Positions 1 through 9,933 of a stretch of DNA of 64,000 nt are shown here, piece after piece. Position 1 is the stretch's first letter. Every line of letters begins with the position of its first letter. The translations under genes and the position numbers were made by a program. Under the pieces are notes generated by a model. It made no database searches, was not told the DNA's origin, and worked only from the letters and a program-made list of their open reading frames with translations. Source of the DNA: Patescibacteria group bacterium (GTDB taxonomy: Bacteria > Patescibacteriota > Minisyncoccia > Ryanbacterales > GWA2-47-10b); the NCBI GenBank assembly GCA_038065475.1, contig JBBTQY010000008.1:6562-70561 (forward strand), given 5' to 3'.

Positions 1-363
1 GCTTTGTCGGCATTGAAACAAATGCTGATTTTGCTCGGCACCTACGAGCACACAAAGATCCTCGCTTTACGGTCGTCGAGGGTGATGCGCGCGACGTCAA
101 AACCATACTCAAAAGCCTCGGTCTTGCGGGTGCGGATATCGTACTCTCAAGTATTCCGTTTACTTTCTTCCCATCTGCCACACGCAAAGAGCTCGTGGCG
201 AGTACCGCCTCAGTACTCAACCCAGGAGGCTCGTTTATCGTCTACCAATATTCCCCTCTCATGAGAGGATACCTTGAGAAAGAATTTTCTGAGGTACGCC
301 TCGCCTTCTCACCTCTCAATATTCCCAGTATTTTCATCATGGAGGCGCGTAAAACCTCCTAAG
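1..363 (+). CDS. class I SAM-dependent methyltransferase, C-terminal fragment (5' end outside window)
   Basis: Frame 3 translation FVGIETNADFARHLRAHKDPRFTVVEGDARDV...SFIVYQYSPLMRGY reads to the TAA at 361-363 with no start in the window. The track ORF 4..264 is in a different frame and is rejected. Confidence 0.45.
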
Positions 364-380
364 TAATAACACGATCCAAC

Positions 381-410
381 GCAAAAACCCGCCGATGGCG
401 GGTTTTTGTA
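381..410 (+). terminator. rho-independent terminator
   Basis: aaaaacccgccgatggcgggttttt: GC stem followed by a T-run. Confidence 0.6.
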
Positions 411-455
411 TACATGTGTTATCAGATGAATAATTGAGATTGACCTTTCTCTATA

Positions 456-839
456 TTAGCTAACGCGACGAGTGGCAAAAAAGTTACTGCGTACCTGGCG
501 GCTAACGCGCATCGTATCGCGTACAACAAGCCAACCTGCAGCACCAGCACCCACCATAAAGAGCTTGATCATGTGCTCGGTATTCATCATCATATCAGCC
601 CAATACCAAAGTGAATTACCAAGCGGCCTACCAGTCGAGCGGTCAAATGCATTGCGGAAAAACTCGCCAAACGACATATAGCTCTGCACGGCACTGATAA
701 CAAAAACGAGTGTCGCTACCTCGAGCGCCAAAATAGGCAATACGCGGCGCACAAACCAAATGCCGTACACGCGGCGCATGGTGCGCCCTTGAAGTTTGCG
801 TGCATGAAGATCCGTTGTCATATGTTGTGAGTGATCCAT
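456..839 (-). CDS. putative membrane anti-sigma factor
   Basis: Immediately downstream of and co-oriented with the ECF sigma gene; single TM segment, no recognisable enzyme motif. Confidence 0.4.
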   Translation of the reverse strand: MDHSQHMTTDLHARKLQGRTMRRVYGIWFVRRVLPILALEVATLVFVISAVQSYMSFGEFFRNAFDRSTGRPLGNSLWYWADMMMNTEHMIKLFMVGAGAAGWLVVRDTMRVSRQVRSNFFATRRVS

Positions 840-843
840 AAGT

Positions 844-1395
844 TTATATTGAAATTGCGAGCTCCTTCATCATCCGCTTTGCGCGAAAGAGTCGCATCTT
901 GAGCGTCGAGAGTGACATTTTTTCCTCTCGGGCTATATCTGCGTATGATTTGTCTTCTATATAGTATGCCTCTACCACGCGGCGCAAATCAGCAGGCAAC
1001 CTATCAAGCATTTTTTCTGCTGTCATTTTTTGGTCGAGCGCAGTCGAGAGCACCTCATCAACTCCAAGGTTCTCATAGTGATCGGGCTCCAAAAGCGTAA
1101 AACGTTCGCGTTCACGCTTGAGTTTACGGTAGTGTGAAATTGCTTTATTGAGCACCACGCGGTACGCCCAACTCTTAAAGCTCGCGCCCTCCTGTTTTTT
1201 AAACTTGGTCGCATTGCGATAAATATCACAAAATGCTTCCTGCACAATATCTTCGGCTTCTTGTGGGTTACGCACTACACCGTACGCAACACGTAAAAAG
1301 GGTCTTTGATATTTTTCAACAAGCAAAGAAAACTGCCCCGGGTCATCGAGTGATGCCAATAGCACTTCTTCATCGCGTTGTAGGGTTTCGTTCAT
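844..1395 (-). CDS. ECF-type RNA polymerase sigma-70 factor
   Basis: Sigma-70 region 2 (DIVQEAF..YRVVLN) and a region 4 helix-turn-helix (SYADIAREEKMSLSTLKMRLFRAKR). Confidence 0.85.
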   Translation of the reverse strand: MNETLQRDEEVLLASLDDPGQFSLLVEKYQRPFLRVAYGVVRNPQEAEDIVQEAFCDIYRNATKFKKQEGASFKSWAYRVVLNKAISHYRKLKRERERFTLLEPDHYENLGVDEVLSTALDQKMTAEKMLDRLPADLRRVVEAYYIEDKSYADIAREEKMSLSTLKMRLFRAKRMMKELAISI

Positions 1396-1471
1396 GAAAA
1401 TATGCTGGGTCCTCTCTCTACACAGTGTATAACGACCTATCCAAAAAGAAAGTCACGAGGCGTAATCTCTT

Positions 1472-2161
1472 TTATTTTAAAGGCTTTTTCCGCTCGTCAG
1501 ATACGATGGTGCCATCAACCAAGGTTATAATGCGGCCCGCAAACGCCGCATATTCGGGTTCATGGGTTACCATGATAATCGTCTGGTCACTCTTCTCATG
1601 AAGGTCACGAAATGCCTCCATGACGCGCAAACCATTGGCAGAATCAAGATTTGCAGTCGGTTCATCAGCAAAAAGAATTTGCGGCTCATGCGCAATGGCG
1701 CGTGCGATACTCACCCGCTGCTGCTGACCACCCGAGAGCTGGCTGGGTAAATTGTGTTTTTTATCAACCATACCAATGCGTTCGAGTGCGAGCGATGCCT
1801 TAAGATATGCCTCTGGAGTCGTGAGGCCCTGCATAATGATCGGCAGGGCAACATTCTCAAGCGCAGTAAGCTCAGGCAAAAGCGCATAGTCTTGAAATAC
1901 ATATCCAAGTTTCGCAAGACGAATATCGGTCTTTTCTTGCAGTGAGAGCTCACCTGTCCGCACTTCATCAAGAATCACCTCTCCTGAGGTCGGCTCATCG
2001 AGTAGTGAGAGCTGGTAGAGCAGCGTTGATTTGCCAGAACCTGACGGCCCAATGATCGCCACAAATTCCCCCGTTTTAATCTCAAAGTTAAGACCTTTGA
2101 GCACCACGAGTTCGAGCTCGCCCGAGCCATAACTTTTTACAAGTTTTTCTGTTCTGATCAT
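1472..2161 (-). CDS. ABC transporter ATP-binding protein (MacB/LolD-like)
   Basis: Walker A GPSGSGKST, signature LSGGQQQRVSIARA, Walker B ILFADEPT. Confidence 0.9.
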   Translation of the reverse strand: MIRTEKLVKSYGSGELELVVLKGLNFEIKTGEFVAIIGPSGSGKSTLLYQLSLLDEPTSGEVILDEVRTGELSLQEKTDIRLAKLGYVFQDYALLPELTALENVALPIIMQGLTTPEAYLKASLALERIGMVDKKHNLPSQLSGGQQQRVSIARAIAHEPQILFADEPTANLDSANGLRVMEAFRDLHEKSDQTIIMVTHEPEYAAFAGRIITLVDGTIVSDERKKPLK

Positions 2162-2163
2162 GA

Positions 2164-3432
2164 TTACCTTCCTAAAATAGAATCGAGCGTATTTTTGCGA
2201 ACAATAAGCTTTGCAGGAATATAACCAGCAATCAATGTAACGGTGAGCAAAATAGCAATACGAATGGCCGCACCTTCAGCAGTCGCTACCAAAATGCCGT
2301 CAGAGAAAGGAAAATCGATAGGGTGCACATCAAAGTACGGCTTGAGAATGCCGAAAGTTAATATGACACCGATCAACGATCCGATAACTCCGTAGAAAAG
2401 CGCTTGGAAAATATAAGAAAACTGTATCGCCTGTGGGCTGATGCCGATACCTTTCATAATGCCGATAAATTTTCGCTTGGTCACCGCGTTGATAAAAATC
2501 ACAATAAATACCGTGATTGATGCCACAATGAGCGCAACCGACGAGAGCGCATTGCCTAAAATACTAAAGGTCTGCTCGATATCGCGTAGAAATGATGGGA
2601 TGGCTTCATCAGTCGTCTGAATGCGCGCCGCGTGCCCCTCCATAAAATCTTTTGTCTCCGCTACTAAGGTTGGTGCATATTCATAATCAGTCCTGATGGC
2701 GATTGATTGTACCTGCTCTTTATTGACCGGCAAAAGCTTCTTGAGCTCTTTGTCAGTAATAAAAGCGCGCGTTGATATTTCATCAACTTTACTCTTTACA
2801 ATTCCTTTGATGATAAATTCTTTGCTAACAACGCCTCCCCCCGCGCGCGAAAAGCTAACGCGCACGCGACTGCCAATATCAACATCTTCTAGAAGCGTTA
2901 GACCGGGAATGTTTGCATCGGCAAATGAAGAATATTTTTTTATCATGTTCGCACCGATGAGTATATATCCCTCCTCTCCCTCGTTGAGATGTTCGCCGTA
3001 TTTGAGAAAGCGTGAAAAACCAGTCACCACCTCTTCCCGCGCAGGATCAATACCGGTCAGTGAAATACCAATGCGATTTGCGCGCTCGTTTTTGCCAGGC
3101 AAGTCGGTAAGCGTACCGAGTAATTGCACGCCCACAGAATATCGCGGCGAGATGGCTTCTACCTTTGGATGGCTCTCGAGAAAAGAAATGAGCGCTGGCG
3201 AATTTTCGATATAATCACGGCCATCAGCTGATGTGACAAGCACCTCTCCTGAGTATGCCTCGCGAAACTGTTTGAATGAGCCAGAAATAAGCCCGACCAA
3301 CAACCCCGAGACAACCACGAGGTTGAGAAATGTCAGAATCATGACAAAGATAATAAGCGTTGTAGTTCCCTTACCCGAGCGCCTGAGCTGCCGCAAAGCA
3401 AGAAAGAAACCGACGCGCAGCGAAAGAAGCAT
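2164..3432 (-). CDS. ABC transporter permease, FtsX/MacB family
   Basis: N-terminal TM, large periplasmic domain, C-terminal three-TM FtsX-like region; lies in an operon with the ATPase and the adaptor. Confidence 0.8.
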   Translation of the reverse strand: MLLSLRVGFFLALRQLRRSGKGTTTLIIFVMILTFLNLVVVSGLLVGLISGSFKQFREAYSGEVLVTSADGRDYIENSPALISFLESHPKVEAISPRYSVGVQLLGTLTDLPGKNERANRIGISLTGIDPAREEVVTGFSRFLKYGEHLNEGEEGYILIGANMIKKYSSFADANIPGLTLLEDVDIGSRVRVSFSRAGGGVVSKEFIIKGIVKSKVDEISTRAFITDKELKKLLPVNKEQVQSIAIRTDYEYAPTLVAETKDFMEGHAARIQTTDEAIPSFLRDIEQTFSILGNALSSVALIVASITVFIVIFINAVTKRKFIGIMKGIGISPQAIQFSYIFQALFYGVIGSLIGVILTFGILKPYFDVHPIDFPFSDGILVATAEGAAIRIAILLTVTLIAGYIPAKLIVRKNTLDSILGR

Positions 3433-3433
3433 A

Positions 3434-4975
3434 TTATTGCAAGATAATCATATCGCCCTCGGCAAGGCCGCCCGTGATCTCAGTAAAGCCGTCAGAACCT
3501 CGAAGACCAAGGAAAACTTCTACCTCGCGAGCATCTTCGATTTTTGATCCCACCATGACAAAGCGCTTGCCATCACGCGACTTAATAAACCGCTGTGGAA
3601 TTGCGAGAACCCCCGCGTTGCGCTTGCTCTCAATATCGATAGCCGCTGTCATACCCGATCTGATGCGATCATCTTTTTTAGCAAACTGCAATTCGATTTT
3701 ATAGGTAGAGACACTATCGATGACAGTTTCAGCCGGATCAATACGTACCACGCGTGCTTCAAACGGATTTTCGGTGCCATAAGCATCAAGAATAACGCGA
3801 GCTGACTGCCCGAGCGAAACCTTTGCAATATCGGCCTCGGGAATATTTGCCTCAATCTCAAAATCTGACGCACTGATAAGTGAGATAAGACTGGTACCAG
3901 CACTCACAAACTCGCCAGCATCAGCATCTTGTTTTGAGATGACGCCGGAGATAGGTGCAACAATGACAGTTTTTCCAAGTTGCGCGCGAATGTTATCGGC
4001 AGCTGCCTGGGCTCGTTCAACCTCAGCCTCGCCACTCAAAATTTCCTCAGCAGTACTTCCGGCTTTCTTTATTGAAAGCTCACGTTCGGAGACAACCAAT
4101 GCGGTCTCTGCGGCACGCAACTTCTCTTCTGCTGCAGATAGGTTAGAGATCGCAGTATTGACATTGGTACGAGCAGTTGCAATGTCTGTTTTATACCCAT
4201 CAATAGTAGTTTGCGTAATACCTGAATTAGGAGTCAGCGCATTTACTGCTTTTGCTGCATTGTCCAAGAAACGTTTGGTGGTATCCAAATTTTCCTTGAC
4301 CATCTGTATAAACGAATTGTCATCGATGTTTATGGTTTTTGCACGCCATTGCGTAAATAAAATCTCAAGCGCCACACGTCCGGATTTTATGTCAGCCTCG
4401 AGTTGCTGATCTCCGGTAGCAAAGGTAAGTTGGATCGATGATGTTCGCGGGTTGGTAAAAAGCTGATCAGCTTTGCCAGTTAATGCATCGTCCGCTTTTG
4501 TGTACGCTTCAGCAAGAACATTTTGCAGATTAACACGCGCATTTGCCACTGACGCTTTTGAGCTCGCTACTTTTGATTCATAAAGAGCAATATCTTCCGC
4601 ACGCGTGCCGCGCTTGAGCTCGGCGAGTTTTGCCTCCGCCGATTTTACGCTTGCCTCTGCCTCACGTAATTGTGCCGTAAGATCGCCCGCCGAAAGAGTT
4701 GCCAGACGCGTACCCGCAGATACAATATCACCTACTCTCACGTAGGAGGCGACGACACGCCCACCAACCTCAAACCCAAGGTCAACGGTGCTTGCTGGCT
4801 TTACCTGGCCGGAAATATTTACCTTTTGGACAACATCTCTGCGAACAACGTTAGCTGTCTCAGCATCGCCATTACCGCCCCCACCCAAGACAAAAGACCC
4901 GCCAATAGTTGCGAGTACGGCAACACCTACGATCCACTTGGTTCTGCGTGAAAGTTTTTTAAATCGTGCAATCAT
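3434..4975 (-). CDS. efflux periplasmic adaptor (HlyD/MacA family)
   Basis: N-terminal TM anchor, long coiled-coil, beta-barrel/lipoyl-like segments typical of membrane fusion proteins; lies upstream of the ABC pair. Confidence 0.8.
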   Translation of the reverse strand: MIARFKKLSRRTKWIVGVAVLATIGGSFVLGGGGNGDAETANVVRRDVVQKVNISGQVKPASTVDLGFEVGGRVVASYVRVGDIVSAGTRLATLSAGDLTAQLREAEASVKSAEAKLAELKRGTRAEDIALYESKVASSKASVANARVNLQNVLAEAYTKADDALTGKADQLFTNPRTSSIQLTFATGDQQLEADIKSGRVALEILFTQWRAKTINIDDNSFIQMVKENLDTTKRFLDNAAKAVNALTPNSGITQTTIDGYKTDIATARTNVNTAISNLSAAEEKLRAAETALVVSERELSIKKAGSTAEEILSGEAEVERAQAAADNIRAQLGKTVIVAPISGVISKQDADAGEFVSAGTSLISLISASDFEIEANIPEADIAKVSLGQSARVILDAYGTENPFEARVVRIDPAETVIDSVSTYKIELQFAKKDDRIRSGMTAAIDIESKRNAGVLAIPQRFIKSRDGKRFVMVGSKIEDAREVEVFLGLRGSDGFTEITGGLAEGDMIILQ

Positions 4976-4986
4976 TGTCCTTTATC

Positions 4987-5400
4987 CTAGCGTATTTTGT
5001 CTTTTTTCAAAAGCCCTGCCACACGAAAACTTATGTACGCCAAAAGCGCCAATTGGATAATAGGTGTGATACCTACATCGAGACATGGAAGAGTAGGCAT
5101 CCATGACGAGTAACTCCATCGTAAGGTTGCAAGCGCAAAAAGCTCGAGCCCGATAGCAAATGCAAAAAGTCCCCCGAGGGTGACATCAAGACGATTTTTA
5201 AATGGCTTAACCCATATATAGAGTACAGCTGCGACAAGAGTAACAAATGCATCAAAAAGAGCCGCCTTCATTAATAGAAGCTCAGTGATGGTACCGCCCT
5301 GATAGTGCACGTAGAGATACGAATGCACGTTTTCCCACAAAAGATTGAGAAAAAATGCGGCGATAAACACTATGATAAGTTGTTTGATGTGTGTATGCAT
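4987..5400 (-). CDS. hypothetical membrane protein
   Basis: Four predicted TM helices; no recognisable motif. Confidence 0.45.
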   Translation of the reverse strand: MHTHIKQLIIVFIAAFFLNLLWENVHSYLYVHYQGGTITELLLMKAALFDAFVTLVAAVLYIWVKPFKNRLDVTLGGLFAFAIGLELFALATLRWSYSSWMPTLPCLDVGITPIIQLALLAYISFRVAGLLKKDKIR

Positions 5401-5443
5401 TGACCATTCTTATACCATTTTTCACATAAAAGGTCAATGACTT

Positions 5444-5517
5444 TGGTGGACCTGCGGAGAATCGAACTCCGACCTCATCCATGCCATGGATGCATTCTAC
5501 CACTGAACTACAGGCCC
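5444..5517 (-). tRNA. tRNA-Ala(GGC), CCA encoded
   Basis: Cloverleaf GGGCCTGTAGTTCAGTGGTAGAATG...; anticodon loop ATGGCAT; G3:U70 Ala identity pair; 3' CCA present. Confidence 0.85.
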
Positions 5518-5575
5518 TTTTTTCTTGATAAAACTACTCTACACAAAAACAGTATATAAAAAAAGTCAGCCGCGC

Positions 5576-5941
5576 TTACGCGAGACCGGCTGACATGATG
5601 GAAGCATTCTCGAGCATGACTGCCACATGCTCGAGCTCGATGCACACGCGCTCATGTCCGAGCGACGTACAGATCAACTTGAAATGAAACCCCACGCCGA
5701 TATAGAACGTCACGCGCGGATCAGCATGCCCGAGAAAGAAATCCTCCGCAGCAAGACATGCGCGGATGTGCTGCGCTACACTGCCCTGCAGTACTGGCAA
5801 TCCATCGGCACGACCTTGACGTCGCTCGGACTCCTCCATGAACGCGACCGCGTCAGTAATCGCCCGGTAGGCGATCTCTCGGCGAGCATCCTCGACTTGG
5901 GCGGCACGTCGTTCATACTCTTCTCTGGTTAGGGAGCTCAT
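5576..5941 (-). CDS. hypothetical protein (GC-rich islet)
   Basis: Start taken at the internal ATG (MSSLTREEYERR) preceded by GAGGAGGGAAAG. The longer track ORF, which would run over tRNA-Arg, is rejected. Confidence 0.5.
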   Translation of the reverse strand: MSSLTREEYERRAAQVEDARREIAYRAITDAVAFMEESERRQGRADGLPVLQGSVAQHIRACLAAEDFFLGHADPRVTFYIGVGFHFKLICTSLGHERVCIELEHVAVMLENASIMSAGLA

Positions 5942-6006
5942 CTTTCCCTCCTCAAAACTATTCTGCGTGCATTCGTAGCACAAAAAATATCTTACCTCAA
6001 TACGTG

Positions 6007-6078
6007 TGTCCCCGGCAGGAATCGAACCTACATCCACTCCTTAGGACGGAGTTGTTCTGTCCATTGAACTACGGAGAC
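6007..6078 (-). tRNA. tRNA-Arg(CCT)
   Basis: GTCTCCGTAGTTCAATGGACAGAAC A ACTCC GTCCTAA GGAGT ... GGTTCGATTCC TGCCGGGGAC A; anticodon CCT. Confidence 0.8.
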
Positions 6079-6187
6079 ATTGAATCCCGACGCTTTAGTC
6101 GGGACCCCGACTTCATTATCATATATATGATGCGTCGGGGCTACGGAGACGCGTTATCGCTTCTTTATAGCACGCTCTTTTGATATA

Positions 6188-7243
6188 GTGAAAGTAATGT
6201 CTCACGAAGAAGAAGTTATCCGTGCGGTAGAAAAAATCTTACCGTCGGTCGTATCGATCACCATCTCCAAGCATGCAGATTTTGTAAATCGCATGCTGCC
6301 GATTGATGGCATCGCCCCCGAACTACCAAAAGACGCTGACGGCAACATTCGCCTCGGCGGCGGTTCGGGTTTTATCATTTCCAATGACGGCCTCGTACTT
6401 ACCAACAAGCACGTCATTGTAGATCCTGAAGCTCAATATGCGATCTTTGATCAAAATGGCACTAGAAGTGACGTGCAGATTTTGGCGCGTGACCCTATCC
6501 ATGATGTCGCCATCCTCAAGATGACTCCTCCCGCCAATTTTTCTGCCGTGCCACTCGGTAATTCACGAAATCTCCGACTGGGACAGACAGTCATCGCCAT
6601 CGGCAATGCGCTCGGCGAATTTCAAAGCTCAGTATCGACTGGCGTGGTCTCGGGCCTCTCGCGCTTCATTACCGCCGTCAGTGACATGTCAGGGCATCAC
6701 GAGCGCTTGCGCGGACTCATCCAGACTGATGCTGCTATCAATCCAGGTAACTCAGGCGGCCCTCTTATCAATTTGCACGGCGAGATAATCGGTATCAATG
6801 CAGCAGTCGTCTTTGGTGCGCAAAACATCGGCTTTGCGATACCTATTGAAAAAGCAGCGCGCGATCTTAATGATATTCAAAAATATGGCCGCATCCGCCG
6901 ACCTTTCTTGGGGGTACGATATCTATTGGTCAATAGCGCCATCCAAAAACAATTTGGCCTGCCAATAAACTACGGCGCCTTTGTGGTACGCGAAATGGTA
7001 CCGGGCGACCACGCCATCATCCCCGATAGCCCCGCAGACAAGGCAGGCATTCGCGAAGGAGATATTCTTCTTGCCTGCAATGGTAAATCAATCAACGAAA
7101 AAACTTCGCTCGAAGACATGCTTGAGAACACAAACCCTGGTGATACCCTCACCTTCTCAATATTGCGAGGCAATGAAAAGCTCTCGATAACTGTTGAGCT
7201 TAAAGAGCGGCGCGAAGTTAAGCCGGAGGCGCCTCGAGAATAA
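6188..7243 (+). CDS. htrA: HtrA/DegP-family serine protease with PDZ domain
   Basis: Catalytic His (LTNKHV), Asp, Ser (GNSGGPLIN) in trypsin-fold order; C-terminal PDZ domain. Confidence 0.9.
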   Translation: MKVMSHEEEVIRAVEKILPSVVSITISKHADFVNRMLPIDGIAPELPKDADGNIRLGGGSGFIISNDGLVLTNKHVIVDPEAQYAIFDQNGTRSDVQILARDPIHDVAILKMTPPANFSAVPLGNSRNLRLGQTVIAIGNALGEFQSSVSTGVVSGLSRFITAVSDMSGHHERLRGLIQTDAAINPGNSGGPLINLHGEIIGINAAVVFGAQNIGFAIPIEKAARDLNDIQKYGRIRRPFLGVRYLLVNSAIQKQFGLPINYGAFVVREMVPGDHAIIPDSPADKAGIREGDILLACNGKSINEKTSLEDMLENTNPGDTLTFSILRGNEKLSITVELKERREVKPEAPRE

Positions 7244-7357
7244 TCTCGTGCAATCGAGCACCACAGTTTTAATGCCCTCAACGAACAGATACACAAACTT
7301 GACGGAAAGCTCTAAAAAAGGCAATATCTAAAAGGAATTTCGGCGAAAAAGGAGCAT

Positions 7358-7804
7358 GTGATGAATAAAGTTGGGAAGCTTCTTCTGCTTGGGCTTTTCC
7401 TGGCAAGCGCCGCAGAAGCTCGTGCAAGCGAGGTCACTCTTTGCTTTGAAAAAGATGGGACTGCTACCATCGTCAACGAAGGTACTCAACGCTGCAACGA
7501 CGAAACACCTACACTTGTGTTGCAGGCACTTCCACTCTGCATCGTCATCAACGGAGAGCGATCGTGTGAGGATCTTCCGCTGCGCGATGCGGTAGATCAA
7601 GCAAATACCGAAGTACGTAGAAGCATCCTCCCAGATAAGGGCGCTCCCGATGCAAATGGTGCTTCATTCCTTGCAGAAGTCAACTCTGCGCCGTCGATGC
7701 GATTCCGAATTGCTTCGATCTGCAAAGTAATTGGACTTCATGGAATGCGTTCTGGCGCCCAGCGCATCGTGCTAGTTCCTACGGTAGAAGACTGCCCCTA
7801 CTAA
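7358..7804 (+). CDS. secreted Cys-containing hypothetical protein
   Basis: N-terminal signal peptide MMNKVGKLLLLGLFLASAAEARA; several Cys; terminator directly follows. Confidence 0.55.
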   Translation: MMNKVGKLLLLGLFLASAAEARASEVTLCFEKDGTATIVNEGTQRCNDETPTLVLQALPLCIVINGERSCEDLPLRDAVDQANTEVRRSILPDKGAPDANGASFLAEVNSAPSMRFRIASICKVIGLHGMRSGAQRIVLVPTVEDCPY

Positions 7805-7834
7805 GCCAACTATCGGTTGGCTTTTTTTCTTTTT
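7805..7834 (+). terminator. rho-independent terminator
   Basis: gccaactatcggttggc followed by tttttttcttttt. Confidence 0.6.
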
Positions 7835-7847
7835 AATCTTATTTTGC

Positions 7848-8183
7848 TCACATAAGAATAATCTCGCGGAGACGCGCGCCACGCAAACGCGGCACCAAAT
7901 GGGTGATGCCGTCTTTTTCCTCTATATCAAACTTTTCTTTGTCACCGAGCGGCACACACTCCCCGCCCGCGCAATCGAGCGCCAGATATCCATCGCCAGG
8001 CTCGCCATCATATTCAATCTCATCGGCGCGTACAATCCATGATCCTTGCAGGTATGGTGTATGCGGATCTTTTTTCTCAAACATGTCTTTATAGATAGCG
8101 ACGCCATCACGCACAAAACCTTTGGGGTTTCCTATAAACCCGTGTCGATATCCCAGATGTAACTTTTCTTCCGTCCCCTCCAT
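7848..8183 (-). CDS. hypothetical protein
   Basis: Clean ORF at the end of the grx-VIT operon; no recognisable motif. Confidence 0.45.
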   Translation of the reverse strand: MEGTEEKLHLGYRHGFIGNPKGFVRDGVAIYKDMFEKKDPHTPYLQGSWIVRADEIEYDGEPGDGYLALDCAGGECVPLGDKEKFDIEEKDGITHLVPRLRGARLREIILM

Positions 8184-8192
8184 GCAATCAGC

Positions 8193-8885
8193 CTAAAACA
8201 CGCCGAGTACGCTACGCAAAAATGCACCAACACCATACGCAATGGCTGCGGCAAATCCTCCAATAACAAGTATCTCGAGACCCGAGAATATAAATGATCG
8301 CTTGGTGATGAGTGATCGCAAAGCTCCTAATATAAAAAGTACCGCACCGGTCGATACAATTGAGTAAAGAAAGATGTTGGAAACATTTGAAACAAAAAAG
8401 AAAGGAAGTACGGGTAACAACCCCGCACCTACAAATGCCACGAATGTCAGCACCGAACCTAAAACGACAGGCCCACGCTCATGTCCTGACATATCGAACT
8501 CCTCGTGCATCAAAAGATCTGCAAAAAATGCTTTATTCTTAAACATAAGGCGTGCCAAAGACTCTGAATCGGCCTCTGAATATCCCTCTTCGCGCAAAAG
8601 CTGGGTCATCTCTCCCCGCTCGGCATCTGGGTCCTGGGCGATCTCAAGCTCTTCATCACGATATCCTTTTGCTATCACGTCGCGCTCAGATTTTGAGCCG
8701 AGATAATTTGATACAGCCATAGAAAAACCGTCGGCGAGCACATTGGCAACGCCGAGCAATATAATAGTCATACGCGGATCAGCGAGCTCAGCGCCCGCTA
8801 CCCCTGCAATAATAGCAAAGGTAGTGATAACGCCATCGTTAGCGCCATAAACAACGTCTTTGATATAGCGCCCGCTCGCTTTCAT
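8193..8885 (-). CDS. VIT1/CCC1-family iron/manganese transporter
   Basis: N-terminal VYGANDGVITTFAIIAG motif and a C-terminal TM bundle typical of the VIT family. Confidence 0.75.
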   Translation of the reverse strand: MKASGRYIKDVVYGANDGVITTFAIIAGVAGAELADPRMTIILLGVANVLADGFSMAVSNYLGSKSERDVIAKGYRDEELEIAQDPDAERGEMTQLLREEGYSEADSESLARLMFKNKAFFADLLMHEEFDMSGHERGPVVLGSVLTFVAFVGAGLLPVLPFFFVSNVSNIFLYSIVSTGAVLFILGALRSLITKRSFIFSGLEILVIGGFAAAIAYGVGAFLRSVLGVF

Positions 8886-9122
8886 TTACTTGATACCCAA
8901 CATTTCCCGCAATCTGCGTTCATCAAAACCAACAATCATGGTGCCATCAACTTCGATGACGGGCACACCCATCTGTCCGGTGCGCATGATCATCTCATCG
9001 CGCTTGGCCATATCGGTCATGACATTGTGCTCGGTATACGGAATATTGTGCTTTTGAAACATGTCTTTAGCCTTGCGGCAGTAAACGCATGAGGGGGTGG
9101 TGTAGATAGAAACTTTCTTCAT
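8886..9122 (-). CDS. glutaredoxin-like protein (NrdH/Grx fold)
   Basis: CVYC redox motif near the N-terminus; 78 aa thioredoxin fold; stop/start abutting the VIT gene. Confidence 0.75.
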   Translation of the reverse strand: MKKVSIYTTPSCVYCRKAKDMFQKHNIPYTEHNVMTDMAKRDEMIMRTGQMGVPVIEVDGTMIVGFDERRLREMLGIK

Positions 9123-9185
9123 ATGTGCCCATTATACACGACCCTGTAACTCTGTAAAAACACCTCTCCATGCTACGATACCTGC

Positions 9186-9869
9186 ATGTATCGCTTCCAA
9201 ACCTACACCAAACCGTGGATAAAAAAAGAAACCCCTACCGAAAAAGAAAAACGTACGGCTGAGATTTTCCGGAGACTCAAAAAAACGTATCCCCAGGCAA
9301 CCATAGCGCTTACCTACAAAACACATTTTGAGCTTTTGGTCGCGGTCATTCTATCGGCCCAATGCACTGATAAAAAAGTAAACGAAATCACACCAGCTCT
9401 TTTTAAAAAATATCCATCGGTACGTGCATTTGCTCGTGCAAATATTATTGAACTCGAAGGATTCATCCGCCAATCAGGTTTTTATCACAACAAAGCAAAA
9501 AGTATTATCGGCGCTGCCAAAAAAATCGAAGCGGATTTTGACAGCGAGGTACCGCGCACCATGAAAGAGATACTCACGGTGCCTGGCATTGCACGCAAAA
9601 GCGCCAATGTCGTGCTCGGCAACGCTTATGGCGTTGTTGATGGTATTGCCGTCGATACCCATGTGAGTCGTATTGCTCAGCGCTGGGCACTCACTGACTC
9701 AGATAAACCAGTAAAGATCGAGCAAGATCTCATGGCGCTCTTACCAAAAAAAGAATGGTTCAGCGCTACGTACAGAATCATCGACCACGGTCGTGCTATC
9801 TGTAAAGCACAGCGCCCCGAATGCGCGCGCTGCCCACTCAAAGATATTTGCCCTTCGTCGCTCGTTTAA
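9186..9869 (+). CDS. nth: endonuclease III
   Basis: HhH-GPD motif region (VDTHVSRIAQR) and C-terminal 4Fe-4S cluster loop CKAQRPECARCPLKDIC. Confidence 0.9.
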   Translation: MYRFQTYTKPWIKKETPTEKEKRTAEIFRRLKKTYPQATIALTYKTHFELLVAVILSAQCTDKKVNEITPALFKKYPSVRAFARANIIELEGFIRQSGFYHNKAKSIIGAAKKIEADFDSEVPRTMKEILTVPGIARKSANVVLGNAYGVVDGIAVDTHVSRIAQRWALTDSDKPVKIEQDLMALLPKKEWFSATYRIIDHGRAICKAQRPECARCPLKDICPSSLV

Positions 9870-9905
9870 AAATAAAAAGACCCTGCGAAATGTTCTTCGC
9901 AGGGC
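9868..9905 (-). terminator. rho-independent terminator for the minus-strand 3D-domain gene
   Basis: Hairpin ccctgcgaa/ttcgcaggg with a U-run on the minus strand (plus-strand aaaaataaaaa). Confidence 0.5.
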
Positions 9906-9933
9906 CCATGTGAGCCCCTGGTGGGGGCGTGTT

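Noticed and set aside
4-264. Track ORF in frame 1 at the window start
   Set aside because: Frame 3 gives a clean methyltransferase-like C-terminus running to 363, so the frame 1 ORF is a shadow.
5576-6037. Long N-terminal extension of the GC-rich ORF
   Set aside because: The extension runs through tRNA-Arg(CCT). The internal ATG at 5941 has GAGGAGG upstream.
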